A stretch of DNA of 64,000 nucleotides from a bacterium (GCA_965249485.1 OZ252239.1:512001-576000); one strand, 5' to 3'; shown: positions 19,480 through 32,535, counted from the stretch's first letter. Translations and numbers: made by a program. Notes: generated by a model not told the origin, from the letters alone.

Positions 19480-21273
19480 TTACATCTTTAATACAGCAAG
19501 AAATGCTTCCTGTGGAATTTCGACCTTCCCGACTTGTTTCATTCTCTTCTTACCCTCTTTCTGCTTTTCAAGCAGTTTTCGCTTTCTGGTTATATCGCCG
19601 CCATAACATTTCGCGGTTACGTTTTTCTTGAGTGGCGATATCCGTTCACGTGCAATTATTTTATTGCCGATTCCTGCCTGTATGATGACTTCGAAGAGTT
19701 GTCTCGGGATAAGTTCTTTCAATTTTGCCGATATTTTCTTGCCCCACATATACGATTTATCTTTATGGATAATAGCGGAAAGTGCATCAACGGGAATACC
19801 ATTGATGAGTATATCGAGCTTAGTCAGATTTGATTCAAAATAATCGTCAAAATCGTAGTCAAAGGACGCATATCCCCGTGTAACCGATTTCAGTTTATCG
19901 TAAAAATCGAACACGATTTCTCCCAACGGAAACTTGTAATTGAGAATCGAACGTTTTGCATCAACATATTCAGTATCGCCTATGATTGCCCTCCGCTCCC
20001 GCGCAAGTTTCATGATGTTTCCCACGTAATCATTCGGTGTGACGATCTGGGCTTTGATGTAGGGTTCCTCGATCCGTTCAATCGAACCACGCTCGGGCAT
20101 TTTGACTGGATTTTCTATAAATGTTACAGTGCCGTCGGTCAGGACGACCCTATATTTTACATTTGGTATTGTTGTGACGAGGTCAATTGTGTATTCACGC
20201 TCAAGTCTTTCCTGAACGATTTCCATATGGAGCAGTCCAAGAAATCCACAGCGGAAACCAAATCCGAGTGCTTGCGATGTTTCAGGTTCATAAAGCAATG
20301 CCGCATCATTCAATTGCAGTTTTTCTAGTGATTCCCGGAGATCTTCAAAATTATCGGAATCTGAAGGATAAAGACCAGCAAATACCATCGGCTTCGGCTC
20401 ACGATAGCCCGGAAGCGGCTCTAAATCCGAATGGCCTGTTTGGGTAATGGTGTCGCCTACCTTTGTATCTTTCACATTTTTTGCGCCTGAGATCAGATAG
20501 CCCACCTCTCCGGCTGAAAGTTTATCCCGTTTTTGACGCTTTATTCGTAGAACACCAATTTCTTCGGCATCAAACGATTTTCCCGATGCGGAAAAGGTTA
20601 TGGTATCTCCCTGTCTGATTTCTCCTTCAAATACTCGGATATAGGCAATAGCCCCCCGATACGAATCGAACATAGAATCGAAAATCAGCGCTCGTGCCGG
20701 TTTTCCGATATCAGAAGACGGCGGTGGAACACGCTCTACAATTGCCTGTAAAATTTCATCTATTCCAGTCCCGACTTTTGCAGATGCCAGAAGTATTTCT
20801 TCTTCTTTTACACCAAGAATATCCTGAATCTGTTTGACAGATTCATCGATTCTTGCACTGGGAAGATCAATTTTATTGATGACTGGTATAATCGTGAGGT
20901 CATGTTCAAGAGCAAGGTACATATTGCTGATTGTCTGTGCCTCAACACCTTGCGAAGCATCAATAACAAGCAGTGCTCCTTCACAGGCAGCGAGACTCCG
21001 GGAAACTTCATAGGAAAAATCGACATGTCCCGGAGTGTCGATAAGATTCAGTGAATAGGCGTGTTTCTTGTCTGGATTATAGGTCATCTGGATAGCATGT
21101 GCTTTGATCGTTATACCTCGCTCACGCTCCAAGTCCATATCATCGAGTACCTGTGCCTTCATCTCTTTATCTGATATTGTCCCGGTATGTTCGAGAAAGC
21201 GGTCGGCAAGAGTCGATTTGCCGTGATCTATGTGAGCGATGATACAAAAATTACGAATATTATTATCGTGCAT
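19480..21273 (-). CDS. lepA: Elongation factor 4
   Basis: [48 protein letters not shown]. Confidence 0.98.
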   Translation of the reverse strand: MHDNNIRNFCIIAHIDHGKSTLADRFLEHTGTISDKEMKAQVLDDMDLERERGITIKAHAIQMTYNPDKKHAYSLNLIDTPGHVDFSYEVSRSLAACEGALLVIDASQGVEAQTISNMYLALEHDLTIIPVINKIDLPSARIDESVKQIQDILGVKEEEILLASAKVGTGIDEILQAIVERVPPPSSDIGKPARALIFDSMFDSYRGAIAYIRVFEGEIRQGDTITFSASGKSFDAEEIGVLRIKRQKRDKLSAGEVGYLISGAKNVKDTKVGDTITQTGHSDLEPLPGYREPKPMVFAGLYPSDSDNFEDLRESLEKLQLNDAALLYEPETSQALGFGFRCGFLGLLHMEIVQERLEREYTIDLVTTIPNVKYRVVLTDGTVTFIENPVKMPERGSIERIEEPYIKAQIVTPNDYVGNIMKLARERRAIIGDTEYVDAKRSILNYKFPLGEIVFDFYDKLKSVTRGYASFDYDFDDYFESNLTKLDILINGIPVDALSAIIHKDKSYMWGKKISAKLKELIPRQLFEVIIQAGIGNKIIARERISPLKKNVTAKCYGGDITRKRKLLEKQKEGKKRMKQVGKVEIPQEAFLAVLKM

Positions 21274-21415
21274 AATATTTTACTGCTGCATTTCTCTTAA
21301 TTCATGCTTTCATGGCCCGTTTTGTATTATATTCGCGGGTATTATGTAAAATTACTCATTTTCGGGCAGGAAAACAAACTGTAAACGAATTCCGAACAAA
21401 AATGAGCTGCTAAAG

Positions 21416-21438
21416 AAAAAACTCCCTGAGGGAGTTTT
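21416..21438 (-). terminator. Intrinsic terminator after the atp operon and second bactofilin
   Basis: Minus strand reads AAAACTCCC-TCA-GGGAGTTTTTT, about 35 nt past the bactofilin stop. Confidence 0.75.
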
Positions 21439-21474
21439 CTGTTTAGCAAACAATCTATGTACGCGGCACAAAAA

Positions 21475-21882
21475 TCAGGACTGAGTCAGCATCTCTTCCG
21501 GGGACAAATCAATTAGATCGACCTGCTTTGTTTTATGATTCACTTTGAGTTCTTTTCTGCGAATCATCGTGCATTTACCGTTGAACGATGATCCTTCGGA
21601 AAAATGCACTTTTGCAGCAAAGAGGTCACCGTTCAGGGTTGCGCCTTCTTCAAGTGCTGCAGAATCGGTTGCCGTGAGGTTTCCATTAACAACACCTCTG
21701 ACCTCCACATTTTTAGCGACAATATTTCCGGTAACGCTCCCTACTTCCCCAACAGTCAGACTACCGACAGCTGTGATATTCCCTTTCAGCTCCCCCTGAA
21801 TGTCGATTGAACTCAAGACAGTCAAGTTGCCTTCAACATATACGCCTTTACCAATATGGGTAATAATTTCCATTTCAGCCAT
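21475..21882 (-). CDS. Bactofilin (polymer-forming cytoskeletal protein)
   Basis: THIGKGVYVEGNL...IQGELKGNI...VGEVGSVTGNIVAKNVEVRGVVNGNL...LNGDL...GSSFNGKC beta-helix repeats. Confidence 0.9.
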   Translation of the reverse strand: MAEMEIITHIGKGVYVEGNLTVLSSIDIQGELKGNITAVGSLTVGEVGSVTGNIVAKNVEVRGVVNGNLTATDSAALEEGATLNGDLFAAKVHFSEGSSFNGKCTMIRRKELKVNHKTKQVDLIDLSPEEMLTQS

Positions 21883-21910
21883 ATTATTTCTCAATTACTC
21901 ACTTTATTTA

Positions 21911-22318
21911 TTAACGTTGGCTGCCAAGTTGAATTCTATTCATAGCTCTGATTAACGCATAACGGGCGCGGTCGGTATCAACCCCTTCTTCTGATGCTTC
22001 GAGCAATTTTTGTGCTCGAAGCTTCGAAGCTTCTGCACGCTCCAGGTCTATTTCTTCTACTTTTTCTGCTGCTTCTGCCAGAATCGAAACCTGGTTTTCA
22101 TGTACCTCTGCAAATCCGCCGCTTGTCGAATAATATTGTTTCTTTCCTTTTTCTTTTATTCTAATTTCGCCAATCTGGATAGATGTGAGAAACGGTGTGT
22201 GATTGTGCAAAACCTGAAAATACCCTTCAGTGCCGGGTGCAGTAACGGATTCTACCTTACCCGAGTAAACAAGTTTCATCGGTGTTACGATATCGAGTTG
22301 AAAAGATTTGTCAGCCAT
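21911..22318 (-). CDS. atpC: ATP synthase F1 epsilon
   Basis: LDIVTP, PGTEGYFQVL.NH.P, GGFAEV, ILAEAAE..EEID..RA. Confidence 0.96.
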   Translation of the reverse strand: MADKSFQLDIVTPMKLVYSGKVESVTAPGTEGYFQVLHNHTPFLTSIQIGEIRIKEKGKKQYYSTSGGFAEVHENQVSILAEAAEKVEEIDLERAEASKLRAQKLLEASEEGVDTDRARYALIRAMNRIQLGSQR

Positions 22319-22322
22319 ATTT

Positions 22323-23735
<1,413 letters not shown>

Positions 23736-23798
23736 TTACTCAATCTACGTTATTTTATCTCTTCTTTCCGAAAAATATCCGGAATATTTTTTCCGTTA

Positions 23799-24665
23799 TT
23801 ATTGCAAGGCTTCTGTGCCTCCGACAATTTCCAATAGTTCTTTTGTAATAGCTGCCTGACGCACTCTGTTATAATGGAGTGTTAAAGAGCTAATCATATC
23901 CTGTGCATTCACTGTAGCGTTTTCCATTGCTGTCATCCGGGCACCGTGTTCCGCGGCTGATGATTCAAGCAGGACACGCCATACCTGCATACCTATATTG
24001 AGCGGTACGATTGTATCGAGAATGCGAAGCGGCTCCGGTTCATAGATATAGTCTAACTGCTTCTTAGTGTCTTCACCTTCTTTCACTGACTCAGATATCA
24101 TAGGAAGAAGTTGTTCCGTTATAATATTTTGCTGAATAGCCGACTTAAATTCGTTATGAATGAGTATGACTTTATCGAGCTGCTCTTGAATATAGAGGTC
24201 TACAATCGCATCGGTGATTTGCTGCGCATGCGCATACTCAAGGTCGTTGAAAATCGAAGCGTGGTGGCTAATGATACGATGTTCTCTCCGCTTAAAGTAA
24301 TCGTAGCTTTTCCGTCCAACACAAATCAGTCCGGGCTGATCGAATCCATCTTCCTTGATCCGTTTTTCAGCTGTACTGATTATATTGTTGTTAAAGCCGC
24401 CACATAATCCTCTATCTGCCGTAATAACTACATAGGCAACTTTCTCTGGAGGACGGACCGCAAGCAGCGGATGGAGATTCGGATCGACTATTGATGACAC
24501 CCGTGCCAGGACTTCACGAAGTTTAAATGCGTAGGGACGTGCCCGGATGATATTCTCCTGAGCACGGCGCAGTTTCGCCGCAGATACCATTTTCATGGCT
24601 CTCGTAATTTTTTGCGTACTTTTAACAGATGCTATCCGTTTTCGTATTTGACGTAATGTTGCCAC
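23799..24665 (-). CDS. atpG: ATP synthase F1 gamma
   Basis: KITRAMKMVSAAKL, DRGLCGGFN, ARMTAM, RQAAITKEL.EI. Confidence 0.98.
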   Translation of the reverse strand: MATLRQIRKRIASVKSTQKITRAMKMVSAAKLRRAQENIIRARPYAFKLREVLARVSSIVDPNLHPLLAVRPPEKVAYVVITADRGLCGGFNNNIISTAEKRIKEDGFDQPGLICVGRKSYDYFKRREHRIISHHASIFNDLEYAHAQQITDAIVDLYIQEQLDKVILIHNEFKSAIQQNIITEQLLPMISESVKEGEDTKKQLDYIYEPEPLRILDTIVPLNIGMQVWRVLLESSAAEHGARMTAMENATVNAQDMISSLTLHYNRVRQAAITKELLEIVGGTEALQ

Positions 24666-24668
24666 TAT

Positions 24669-26186
24669 TTATGCACCTGCTCCGATGTAAGAACCAACAA
24701 ATTCTTTTATTGCTTTTTCCAGATTTGCTTTATTATCGTCGGTAATTTCCTTTTTCTCAGCTATGTCGGTCAAGATTTCCGGATATTGGTCAGACAGAAA
24801 TTGAAGATAGTCTTTTTCCATAGATTTTAACTGTCCGGTTGGAATCTCGTCAAGATGACCATTGACTCCCATGTAAAGAAATACGATCTGCTTTTCAAAG
24901 GAAAGCGGTACATACTGGTCCTGCTTCAGTATCTCGACCATTTTCTCTCCCCGGGTCAACTGAGCCTGGGTCGCTTTATCGAGGTCGGAGCCAAATTGAG
25001 CGAACGCTTCGAGTTCTCTAAATTGTGCAAGATCCATGCGGAGTCCGCCAGCAACCTGTTTCATGGCTTTAATCTGAGCATTCCCACCGACACGCGAAAC
25101 AGAGAGTCCGACATTGACTGCAGGTTTCTGGCCGCTGAAAAAGAGATCGGGTTCAAGATATATTTGTCCGTCGGTAATTGAAATGACATTGGTTGGAATA
25201 TATGCCGAAACATCACCTGCCTGTGTTTCGATGATCGGCAGGGCAGTCAATGATCCAGCGCCAAGCTCATCATTTAGTTTAGCAGCACGTTCAAGAAGCC
25301 GTGAGTGGAGATAAAAAATATCTCCCGGATAGGCTTCACGTCCGGGCGGACGTCTGAGGAGCAGTGATACCTGTCGGTATGCCCACGCATGCTTTGAGAG
25401 ATCGTCGTAAACAATCAAAGCATGTTTCCCTTTGTCGCGGAAATATTCACCCATAGCACATCCGGCGTACGGTGCAATATACTGGAGTGGTGCAGGGTTG
25501 CTTGCCGTTGCTGCCACAATAATCGTATATTCTAGCGCCCCGAAATCTTCGAGCGTTTTAACGACTTGCGCTACGGTCGACTGTTTCTGGCCGATAGCAA
25601 TGTAAATGCACATGACATCGTTGCCTTTTTGATTGATGATCGCATCGATCGCGATTGCTGTTTTACCTGTCTGCCGATCACCAATTATGAGCTCGCGCTG
25701 GCCGCGTCCAATTGGAATCATTGAGTCGATTGCTTTAATTCCAGTTGAAAGCGGCTCCTTTACAGGCTGTCGTTCGATAACACCATTTGCTTTCCGCTCA
25801 ACATGGCTGAACGTTTTTGTGTTGATCGGTCCTTTGCCATCAATCGGTCTCCCGAGCGCATCGGTAACCCGTCCCAACAGTTCTTCTCCGACAGGAACTT
25901 CAGCAATTCTTCCCGTCCTTTTGACCGTATCGCCTTCTTTGATGAGCTCGTCCGATCCGAAAAGTATACATCCGACATTGTCTTCTTCGAGGTTCAATGC
26001 CATACCGACCACACCATTCGGAAAGTCAATTAGTTCCATCGACATGACATTTTCAAGACCATAAATCCGGGCTATACCGTCACCGACCTGAATAACCTCT
26101 CCGACTTCTGCAATGTCCAAAGCGTCTTCATAGCTCTTAATTTGCTTTTCAATTACACCGGCTATTTCATCGGCATTCATTCGCAT
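24669..26186 (-). CDS. atpA: ATP synthase F1 alpha
   Basis: [33 protein letters not shown]. Confidence 0.99.
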   Translation of the reverse strand: MRMNADEIAGVIEKQIKSYEDALDIAEVGEVIQVGDGIARIYGLENVMSMELIDFPNGVVGMALNLEEDNVGCILFGSDELIKEGDTVKRTGRIAEVPVGEELLGRVTDALGRPIDGKGPINTKTFSHVERKANGVIERQPVKEPLSTGIKAIDSMIPIGRGQRELIIGDRQTGKTAIAIDAIINQKGNDVMCIYIAIGQKQSTVAQVVKTLEDFGALEYTIIVAATASNPAPLQYIAPYAGCAMGEYFRDKGKHALIVYDDLSKHAWAYRQVSLLLRRPPGREAYPGDIFYLHSRLLERAAKLNDELGAGSLTALPIIETQAGDVSAYIPTNVISITDGQIYLEPDLFFSGQKPAVNVGLSVSRVGGNAQIKAMKQVAGGLRMDLAQFRELEAFAQFGSDLDKATQAQLTRGEKMVEILKQDQYVPLSFEKQIVFLYMGVNGHLDEIPTGQLKSMEKDYLQFLSDQYPEILTDIAEKKEITDDNKANLEKAIKEFVGSYIGAGA

Positions 26187-26309
26187 GAAAACATCTCCTT
26201 TTCACAATCATCACATTTCAATATGAATTATTCTCATTGAACAGGTAAAATGCTTGATACTACAAATATTAGCAAACAATATTAGTGAGGAATTATAGTA
26301 TAAATAGAA

Positions 26310-26846
26310 TCAAAGCATCAAGGACCGTCTCATATTATTGAGGCTTTGTGCAATCGATGCGTCGTAAATTGTATTACCTACCCGTACTTGAAATCCCCCT
26401 ATAATCGATGGATCGACTTCTTCCTGAATAGTGACTGATTTGTCGAGTACTTCTTCATAGACATTTTTTATCTGGTCCAAAACGTCATCATCAAGCTTAA
26501 CTGCCGGGCGTACGGTTATATTTGTTTTTTTATGGAAATTATCACAGAGTGTATCAAAATGTTTTTTGATCTTCCGAATCAAGGTCTGCCGTTTTTTGTC
26601 TAACAGCAGAAATATAAAATTAAGCATTGCGGGTGTCATTCTATCTTCAAAGACCGACTTGAGAATCTGTTTCTTTTCCCGCACATCTATTTTAGGCGAA
26701 ATGATGAAGTATCGGAAATTTTCCTGCATTGTCAACAATTCATCTAAAAGATTGAATTCTTCCTGAACGGAATCAAGTATTTCCTGCTTTCCTGCTAAGT
26801 TGAACAGTGCAAGGGAATACCGGCGTGCCAGTGATTCTGATATCAT
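26310..26846 (-). CDS. atpH: ATP synthase F1 delta
   Basis: ARRYSLALF, VDPSIIGG..VRVG..IYDASI; operon position. Confidence 0.95.
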   Translation of the reverse strand: MISESLARRYSLALFNLAGKQEILDSVQEEFNLLDELLTMQENFRYFIISPKIDVREKKQILKSVFEDRMTPAMLNFIFLLLDKKRQTLIRKIKKHFDTLCDNFHKKTNITVRPAVKLDDDVLDQIKNVYEEVLDKSVTIQEEVDPSIIGGFQVRVGNTIYDASIAQSLNNMRRSLML

Positions 26847-27331
26847 AACTGCGAATCCATTTCCCTTATTGCATTCCGTGCATGTTCAAGGTGCTGTTCC
26901 GGTGTAAGCGAGGATCCGATTATCTTTGCGGCAACAGCAACAGACAGATCGGCAGCACGGTCTTTCAGATCGACGATCGTTTTTTCGCGTTCGCGCTCAA
27001 GTTCAACTTTAGTACTCTGGATTAGATTTCGGGCTTCTTCTTTCGCCAGTTCTCGCGCTTCCTCATGAATCTTTTCCGCCCGCTCGTTACCTTTTCGAAT
27101 TATTTCCGCTGCTTCCTTTTTCGCATTATCAAGAATATTCTTGTGTTCCTCAATCATCTTTTCTGCATCATCTCTTGCTTTTTCTGCGTCTTCTATCGAC
27201 GATTTTATTTTGTTTTCCCGCTCATCGAGCACAGACAAAATCTTGGGCCAGGCAGTCTTCGAAAGCAGGAGCAGCAAGACTATAAATGTTATAATTGTCC
27301 AGATTGCGAGACCGGGCTCAAACTGTAACAT
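26843..27331 (-). CDS. atpF: ATP synthase F0 subunit b
   Basis: PGL.IWT..TF..LL..L...AWP.I...L.ERE..I followed by a coiled coil. Confidence 0.95.
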   Translation of the reverse strand: MLQFEPGLAIWTIITFIVLLLLLSKTAWPKILSVLDERENKIKSSIEDAEKARDDAEKMIEEHKNILDNAKKEAAEIIRKGNERAEKIHEEARELAKEEARNLIQSTKVELEREREKTIVDLKDRAADLSVAVAAKIIGSSLTPEQHLEHARNAIREMDSQL

Positions 27332-27356
27332 AGGTGGTACCTCTTCAGGGTAATAA

Positions 27357-27596
27357 TTATGCTTTCAGTGAAAGTAATAAACAGATAACACCGCCTAACA
27401 ATGCAATACCTTCGATAAGCGCTGCTGAAATAATCATTGAAAGACGGATATCGTCGCTGGCTTCCGGTTGGCGCGCAATCCCATCACAAGCGGATGCTGC
27501 AATTTTACCGATGCCAATAGCGGCACCAATCGTGACTAATCCAGCTCCAATACCTGCTGAGAAAAAACCCAGTCCTAAATTCGTAATACTTTCCAT
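27357..27596 (-). CDS. atpE: ATP synthase F0 subunit c (H+-type)
   Basis: GAAIGIG...IARQPE...AALIEG; no Na+-binding Q...E-S/T signature. Confidence 0.97.
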   Translation of the reverse strand: MESITNLGLGFFSAGIGAGLVTIGAAIGIGKIAASACDGIARQPEASDDIRLSMIISAALIEGIALLGGVICLLLSLKA

Positions 27597-27669
27597 CTCA
27601 TCGACCTCCGAATAAAGTTAGTTTACAATATTCTAATTTTTTCAATTCCATTATTATCATACCCAACAA

Positions 27670-28542
27670 TTAATGTGAGGGATGATATGTCATACTGACA
27701 AATAGTGCTGTTAAAAATGTAAAAATATACGCCTGCAGAAAAGCAATAAATAATTCCATAGCGCTGATGGCGACCGCCAGAGGAACCGACAATAATCCTA
27801 CAAACTCATTCTGCAGTAAAATGATCAATCCCAAAAATGCAAGAATTACAATGTGGCCGGCAGTCATATTAGCAAACAGACGGATACACAGTGCAAACGG
27901 TTTGGCGAACATACCCATGAGTTCAACCGGAATTAGGATCGGAATGAGCGCTTTTGGAATTCCCGACGGAACGAGGTGTTGAAAATACGCAATAAAACCG
28001 TTTTTAGCTATACCAACACATTGAATTAGAATAAATGACATAGTTGCAAGCGCTGCGGTTACATTTATATTGCTGGAGGCAGTTGCCATAAAGGGAATCA
28101 TTCCCAAAAGGTTAATAAACAGAATAAAGAAAAAAATAGTCAGGAAAAATGGAATGAATGGTTTTCCCGATTTTCCAAAAGCCATATAGACTATTTCGTC
28201 TCTCACAAACAGAACAATCGGCTCAAAAAACCCGGTCAATCTGTTATGTGGAACGTGCTTATTCCACTTCATCCCGTACCTAAAGACAAGAAACACAAAG
28301 AATGCTGCAATCCACAGCATAACGACATGTTTCGAAATGGAGAAATCGATACCGAACAATGACGGCAGATGTGGAAGTTCGATTTTCCATGAAAGGATAT
28401 CGATTTCGTTGCTGTTCTGAACGTGGTGTATAAGAACTTCACCGATCGATTCTTCGTGGGCAGTTCCATGCTCAGCGACTTGCTGCGCTACGTCATGTGC
28501 CTGGCCCACTTTGTCGTTAATACTGCTGAAATTCATCATCAT
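27670..28542 (-). CDS. atpB: ATP synthase F0 subunit a
   Basis: KPFALCIRLFANMTAGH, ELFIAFLQAYIF. Confidence 0.97.
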   Translation of the reverse strand: MMMNFSSINDKVGQAHDVAQQVAEHGTAHEESIGEVLIHHVQNSNEIDILSWKIELPHLPSLFGIDFSISKHVVMLWIAAFFVFLVFRYGMKWNKHVPHNRLTGFFEPIVLFVRDEIVYMAFGKSGKPFIPFFLTIFFFILFINLLGMIPFMATASSNINVTAALATMSFILIQCVGIAKNGFIAYFQHLVPSGIPKALIPILIPVELMGMFAKPFALCIRLFANMTAGHIVILAFLGLIILLQNEFVGLLSVPLAVAISAMELFIAFLQAYIFTFLTALFVSMTYHPSH

Positions 28543-28928
28543 TTATCACTCAAATTACCGAATCGGCTCTGAATATATATAATCTCAAGTATCTGTAATA
28601 ATATATAGCTTACAAATAGACCTGCGATGAAACTTTCAAGGTGTAATTGTGTAAAAAAATTGACTGCAAAGCTTGAAAACAGAATGATAAAGAACCTGAA
28701 GAAAAAGCCGCCCATTACGATGGCCTGCAGCTTTACGATGGAGGAATGGAACATAGTATAGAGCCCTAATATTGTGATCCACACGAGGGCAACACTCAAA
28801 GCAGAACCCCACATTGCCGCTATACTATATTGTGTGTCACCAAAAAAATAAAGCAAAGTCAATGTAACAACTGCAATCGGACAATAAATAATCAGAAAGA
28901 GTGTTAGAAACGACTCTGTTTTAATCAT
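28539..28928 (-). CDS. atpI: ATP synthase protein I-like membrane protein
   Basis: Four TM helices, overlaps the atpB start; called mainly from position. Confidence 0.6.
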   Translation of the reverse strand: MIKTESFLTLFLIIYCPIAVVTLTLLYFFGDTQYSIAAMWGSALSVALVWITILGLYTMFHSSIVKLQAIVMGGFFFRFFIILFSSFAVNFFTQLHLESFIAGLFVSYILLQILEIIYIQSRFGNLSDK

Positions 28929-29199
28929 CAGGTTTTTTATTTTCTGAATTTAGTGAGCACACAAGATAGTAAAAACCTCCTGCAGCTCCACAAAAAATAC
29001 ACAGTATAAGAAACAGAGGTGCGGTGTCAAACGTTTTATCGAGAAACCACCCTAATAAAATCCCGCCGCCAATCATCGAAAGATTCTGCGTGGTGTATGC
29101 GAGATACTTCCCAACCAGTGACGTCCAATGTTCCTTGTTATCCTTTTGTATCTTGTATGGAGGCTTTGTATAGTGACTATTTCCCAGCCTCTTGATCAC
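28921..29199 (-). CDS. AtpZ/AtpI family protein
   Basis: GILLGWFLDKTFDT.P.F...CIF.GAAGG.Y motif typical of the first atp operon gene. Confidence 0.8.
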   Translation of the reverse strand: MIKRLGNSHYTKPPYKIQKDNKEHWTSLVGKYLAYTTQNLSMIGGGILLGWFLDKTFDTAPLFLILCIFCGAAGGFYYLVCSLNSENKKPDD

Positions 29200-29590
29200 T
29201 CTTTTGTTGTAGTTGTTTTACCGGGACATTTTTATCTTCCATGATACAATTTCCATCGAAGATTGCTCCCTCAGCAATATTAAGTTTTTGCGTTTTTAAA
29301 TCTCCGACCAAAACGGAGTTTTTTTCAAGAATTATATTGGATTGCACGTTCATTTTACCGCGGACTTTGCCGCCGATTATGGCATTCGAAGCATTGATCG
29401 TGCCTTCTACTTCACCTTCACTGCCAATAGTCACTGTACCGGAAGAGGAAATCTCACCTTTGACTTTTCCGTCAATCCGTATAGAATTTTTTATTTTGAT
29501 TTTCCCGTCAATAACCGATCCTTTACCAATTATGGTATTGAGCTCTCGTTGATCGGCTCCTGAGTCGGCATCTTTATTTATTCGGAACAT
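29177..29590 (-). CDS. Bactofilin
   Basis: NTIIGKGSVIDGKI...IRIDGKVKGEI...IGSEGEVEGTI...GAIFDGNC. Confidence 0.93.
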   Translation of the reverse strand: MFRINKDADSGADQRELNTIIGKGSVIDGKIKIKNSIRIDGKVKGEISSSGTVTIGSEGEVEGTINASNAIIGGKVRGKMNVQSNIILEKNSVLVGDLKTQKLNIAEGAIFDGNCIMEDKNVPVKQLQQKSDQEAGK

Positions 29591-29603
29591 TTATAATCTC
29601 CGG

Positions 29604-30422
29604 TTAGTTAACAGTCCAGAATGTCGTTGGGTCAACTGGCATAAAATTTTTCCAGACTTCAAAATGAAGGTGAGGAGCTGAACTCATTCCCGAATTCCCT
29701 AAAAGGGCAATCGGCTCATTTTGCAATACCCGATCGCGCTCCTGAACTAATAGCGAAGCATTATGTTTATAAATTGAAACATATCCGTTTTGATGGTCGA
29801 TTATAACCTGATAACCGGATTGAACTGTCCAATTCGCAAACACAATGATTCCGTCACCCGCAGCGCTCACAATTGTCCCTTCCCTTGCAGAAATATCAAT
29901 ACCAAAATGACCGCTTCCGGTCACAGCATCTTTCGGCGAAAAAAATTGCGTAAATTCTCCTTCTGCTGGGATAGATGTCGGATAAGCGCTGAGTAAATCT
30001 GCCCGTAAATACGGATTCACTCCCCTGTTCAAACTGACCGCACCCGATGGTCTCGTGAAATTGCTATTCGCCGCAATCTGGTCGATAGAACTCATTGCTT
30101 CATCATCAGGAAATTGAATATCACCAAATATATTCCTGATTCGCTTGTCGATCTCCTGGATATCAAGATACTTTCTGGCAATCTCGTTTACCATCGTGCT
30201 TTGTTCGAGGAGAGTTTCATTTGTTTCAGCAAGACGGTTATAATCCCATGTAACTTTCACGAGTTGCCAATACGATATAACACCAACCGACAAGACGATA
30301 CAGAAGAAGACAACAAGAACAGCAACAAACTTTAATATACCATATCCAACTTTAAAGGAAAATGTTTTTTTTTCACCTTCAGGTATGAGAAGAACAGATA
30401 ATGTTTCCCGTCTTTTTGCCAT
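29604..30422 (-). CDS. M23 family metallopeptidase, membrane anchored
   Basis: N-terminal TM and coiled coil; HFGIDI, YKH, GNSG.SSAPHLHFE. Confidence 0.93.
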   Translation of the reverse strand: MAKRRETLSVLLIPEGEKKTFSFKVGYGILKFVAVLVVFFCIVLSVGVISYWQLVKVTWDYNRLAETNETLLEQSTMVNEIARKYLDIQEIDKRIRNIFGDIQFPDDEAMSSIDQIAANSNFTRPSGAVSLNRGVNPYLRADLLSAYPTSIPAEGEFTQFFSPKDAVTGSGHFGIDISAREGTIVSAAGDGIIVFANWTVQSGYQVIIDHQNGYVSIYKHNASLLVQERDRVLQNEPIALLGNSGMSSAPHLHFEVWKNFMPVDPTTFWTVN

Positions 30423-30437
30423 AGAAAGTCAGATATT

Positions 30438-31331
30438 TTAGTGTTTTTTATGATGAAAATCAATGTTTTTTTCGATCACGGAAAACAACTCAATCAGACG
30501 ATCAAGGTCTTCAAGAGAATAGAAATCAACCTCGATTTTTCCACCTTCCTTATGTGATTTTATTCTGACTTGTGAACCAAGAACATAGCGAAGCTTGTCT
30601 TCAAGATGGATTATTGCAGCACTTTTTTTCGTCGGTTTTACAGGTTGATTTCCTATTTTCCTCGAAGGTTTCTGGAGTAGTGCTTCTACTTGCCGGACAT
30701 TCATCTGATCTCGGATTATGCGGTTGGACATAGTCCGTTGTTCATCCGGAGACTCAAGCGCCAGGAGTGCACGAGCATGTCCCATCGTTAGATCACCTGT
30801 TTTGACTTTCTCCTGTATATCATCAGGCAGTTTAAGAAGTCGTATGCTGTTTGCAACGGTCGACCTGTCGACCGCAAAGGTCTCCGATATCTGCTGCTGT
30901 GTCATATTGAAATCATCACTCAATTTTTTAAATCCGACAGCAACCTCGATGGGATTCAAATTTTCTCTCTTGACATTTTCCAACAGAGAGAGTTCAAGGA
31001 GTTTTTTATCGTCTTCGACTTTGAGCACATATGCCGGAATTGTCGTCAGATTGAGTGCTTTTACTGCCCGCCAGCGCCGCTCTCCAGCAACAATTTCATA
31101 TCTGTTTTCAACCAGCCTAACAGCAATCGGCTGAATTAGTCCGGAATGTTGAATCGAGTTTTTAAGTGATTCAATCTGCTCTTCGTCAATTTTCTCTCTC
31201 GGTTGGAGCGGGTTAGGAACAACGGCATTGACCGGAAGATCAAGAAACTTTTTCTCACTGTCGATATAGTTTGACAGATTTGTATCTTCAAAGAGAGCCT
31301 GCAGCCCTTTACCGAGCGGTTTGGATTTCAT
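30438..31331 (-). CDS. parB: Chromosome partitioning protein ParB/Spo0J
   Basis: LGKGLQAL, PNPLQPR, AGERRWRA, EN..RENL, HTH region, GHARALL. Start placed at ATG 31331. Confidence 0.96.
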   Translation of the reverse strand: MKSKPLGKGLQALFEDTNLSNYIDSEKKFLDLPVNAVVPNPLQPREKIDEEQIESLKNSIQHSGLIQPIAVRLVENRYEIVAGERRWRAVKALNLTTIPAYVLKVEDDKKLLELSLLENVKRENLNPIEVAVGFKKLSDDFNMTQQQISETFAVDRSTVANSIRLLKLPDDIQEKVKTGDLTMGHARALLALESPDEQRTMSNRIIRDQMNVRQVEALLQKPSRKIGNQPVKPTKKSAAIIHLEDKLRYVLGSQVRIKSHKEGGKIEVDFYSLEDLDRLIELFSVIEKNIDFHHKKH

Positions 31332-32088
31332 CAGAAAGCATCTCCTTAGCAAGCCGCATGTAGCTCTGTGCGCCACTTGAAACAGCATCATAGAGCAGCG
31401 CAGGTTTTCCGTGGCTTGGCGCTTCGCCTAATTTTACATTTCGATAAATTACCGTATTAAATACAAGGCCTGCAAAGTAGTCCCGAACATCCGATATGAC
31501 TTGTTTCCCGAGATTCAGGCGGGAATCGAACATGGTCAGCAAAATACCCGATATCACCAGATTGGGATTTAATTTTTGTTTCACAAGACCTATTGTATTC
31601 AAGAGTTGATTAATTCCTTCCATTGCGTAATATTCTGTTTGCAGTGGAATAACAACACCATCTGAAGCTGTTAAAGCATTCAAGGTCAATAGCCCCAGTG
31701 AGGGTGGGCAGTCTACTATAATAAAATCGAATTCATTCCGTATCGGATCGATGAGTTTTTTCAGTACATATTCGCGAGATGGAGTGTTGACCAATTCCAG
31801 CTCAGCCCCAACAAGATTGACATGGGATGGTATTACTTTCAGGAACGATATTTCGGTTTCATGGAAAACGTCTTGTATCTGAACGTCACCCATAAGGGCA
31901 TTGTAAATTGAGTGTTTTACTTCTTTCTGCCGGATTCCGAAGCCGCTTGTCGCATTTGCTTGTGGATCGATATCGATGAGGAGTGTTTTTTTTTCTGCTG
32001 CAGCAAGACTTGCAGAAAGATTAACCGCTGTCGTTGTTTTACCAACTCCCCCCTTTTGATTTGCAACCGCTATTATTTTGCGCTGCAT
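31309..32088 (-). CDS. parA: Chromosome partitioning ATPase ParA/Soj
   Basis: NQKGGVGKTTT, DIDPQANAT, DCPPSLG, EAPSHG. Start placed at ATG 32088. Confidence 0.97.
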   Translation of the reverse strand: MQRKIIAVANQKGGVGKTTTAVNLSASLAAAEKKTLLIDIDPQANATSGFGIRQKEVKHSIYNALMGDVQIQDVFHETEISFLKVIPSHVNLVGAELELVNTPSREYVLKKLIDPIRNEFDFIIVDCPPSLGLLTLNALTASDGVVIPLQTEYYAMEGINQLLNTIGLVKQKLNPNLVISGILLTMFDSRLNLGKQVISDVRDYFAGLVFNTVIYRNVKLGEAPSHGKPALLYDAVSSGAQSYMRLAKEMLSDEIQTAR

Positions 32089-32307
32089 CCAAATAAATTC
32101 CTCTTCTAGATCACATTTATGTGCGGTTAATTCCCACTTCATCACGCGTGAGAGCAAATAATACCAAATTTAAATATAGAATTTATGTTGAATTTTGCAA
32201 GATATATTATGCAGTGTATATACTGTCTATGGAGCGTTATTCATGCAATGTTGAAATGGATCTATTCCGTTCACTCTGGAAATTTTAAAGTTTCACAAAG
32301 AGTGTGT

Positions 32308-32535
32308 TTACACATACTTGATCCAGTCATCACCGGTACTATTTTGCTTTCCATGCGTACTCTCTTCGGATTCTTCTTCCGATGTGGAAACGATATCCTG
32401 AACAATTGGATCGCCTTCATCATAACGTGCAGTGATGCAGGTCGCGTTTTCGTCAATATCAACTTCTTGCGCCCCGCATTTGTGATTGTTATTTAATAAG
32501 CAGTTAGTATTATCGCAGTATTCAATCTGAACCAT
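32308..32535 (-). CDS. Small Cys-rich protein, DUF1540-like
   Basis: C-x4-C-x2-N...C.A..V.I.....C.T pattern followed by an acidic tail. Confidence 0.6.
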   Translation of the reverse strand: MVQIEYCDNTNCLLNNNHKCGAQEVDIDENATCITARYDEGDPIVQDIVSTSEEESEESTHGKQNSTGDDWIKYV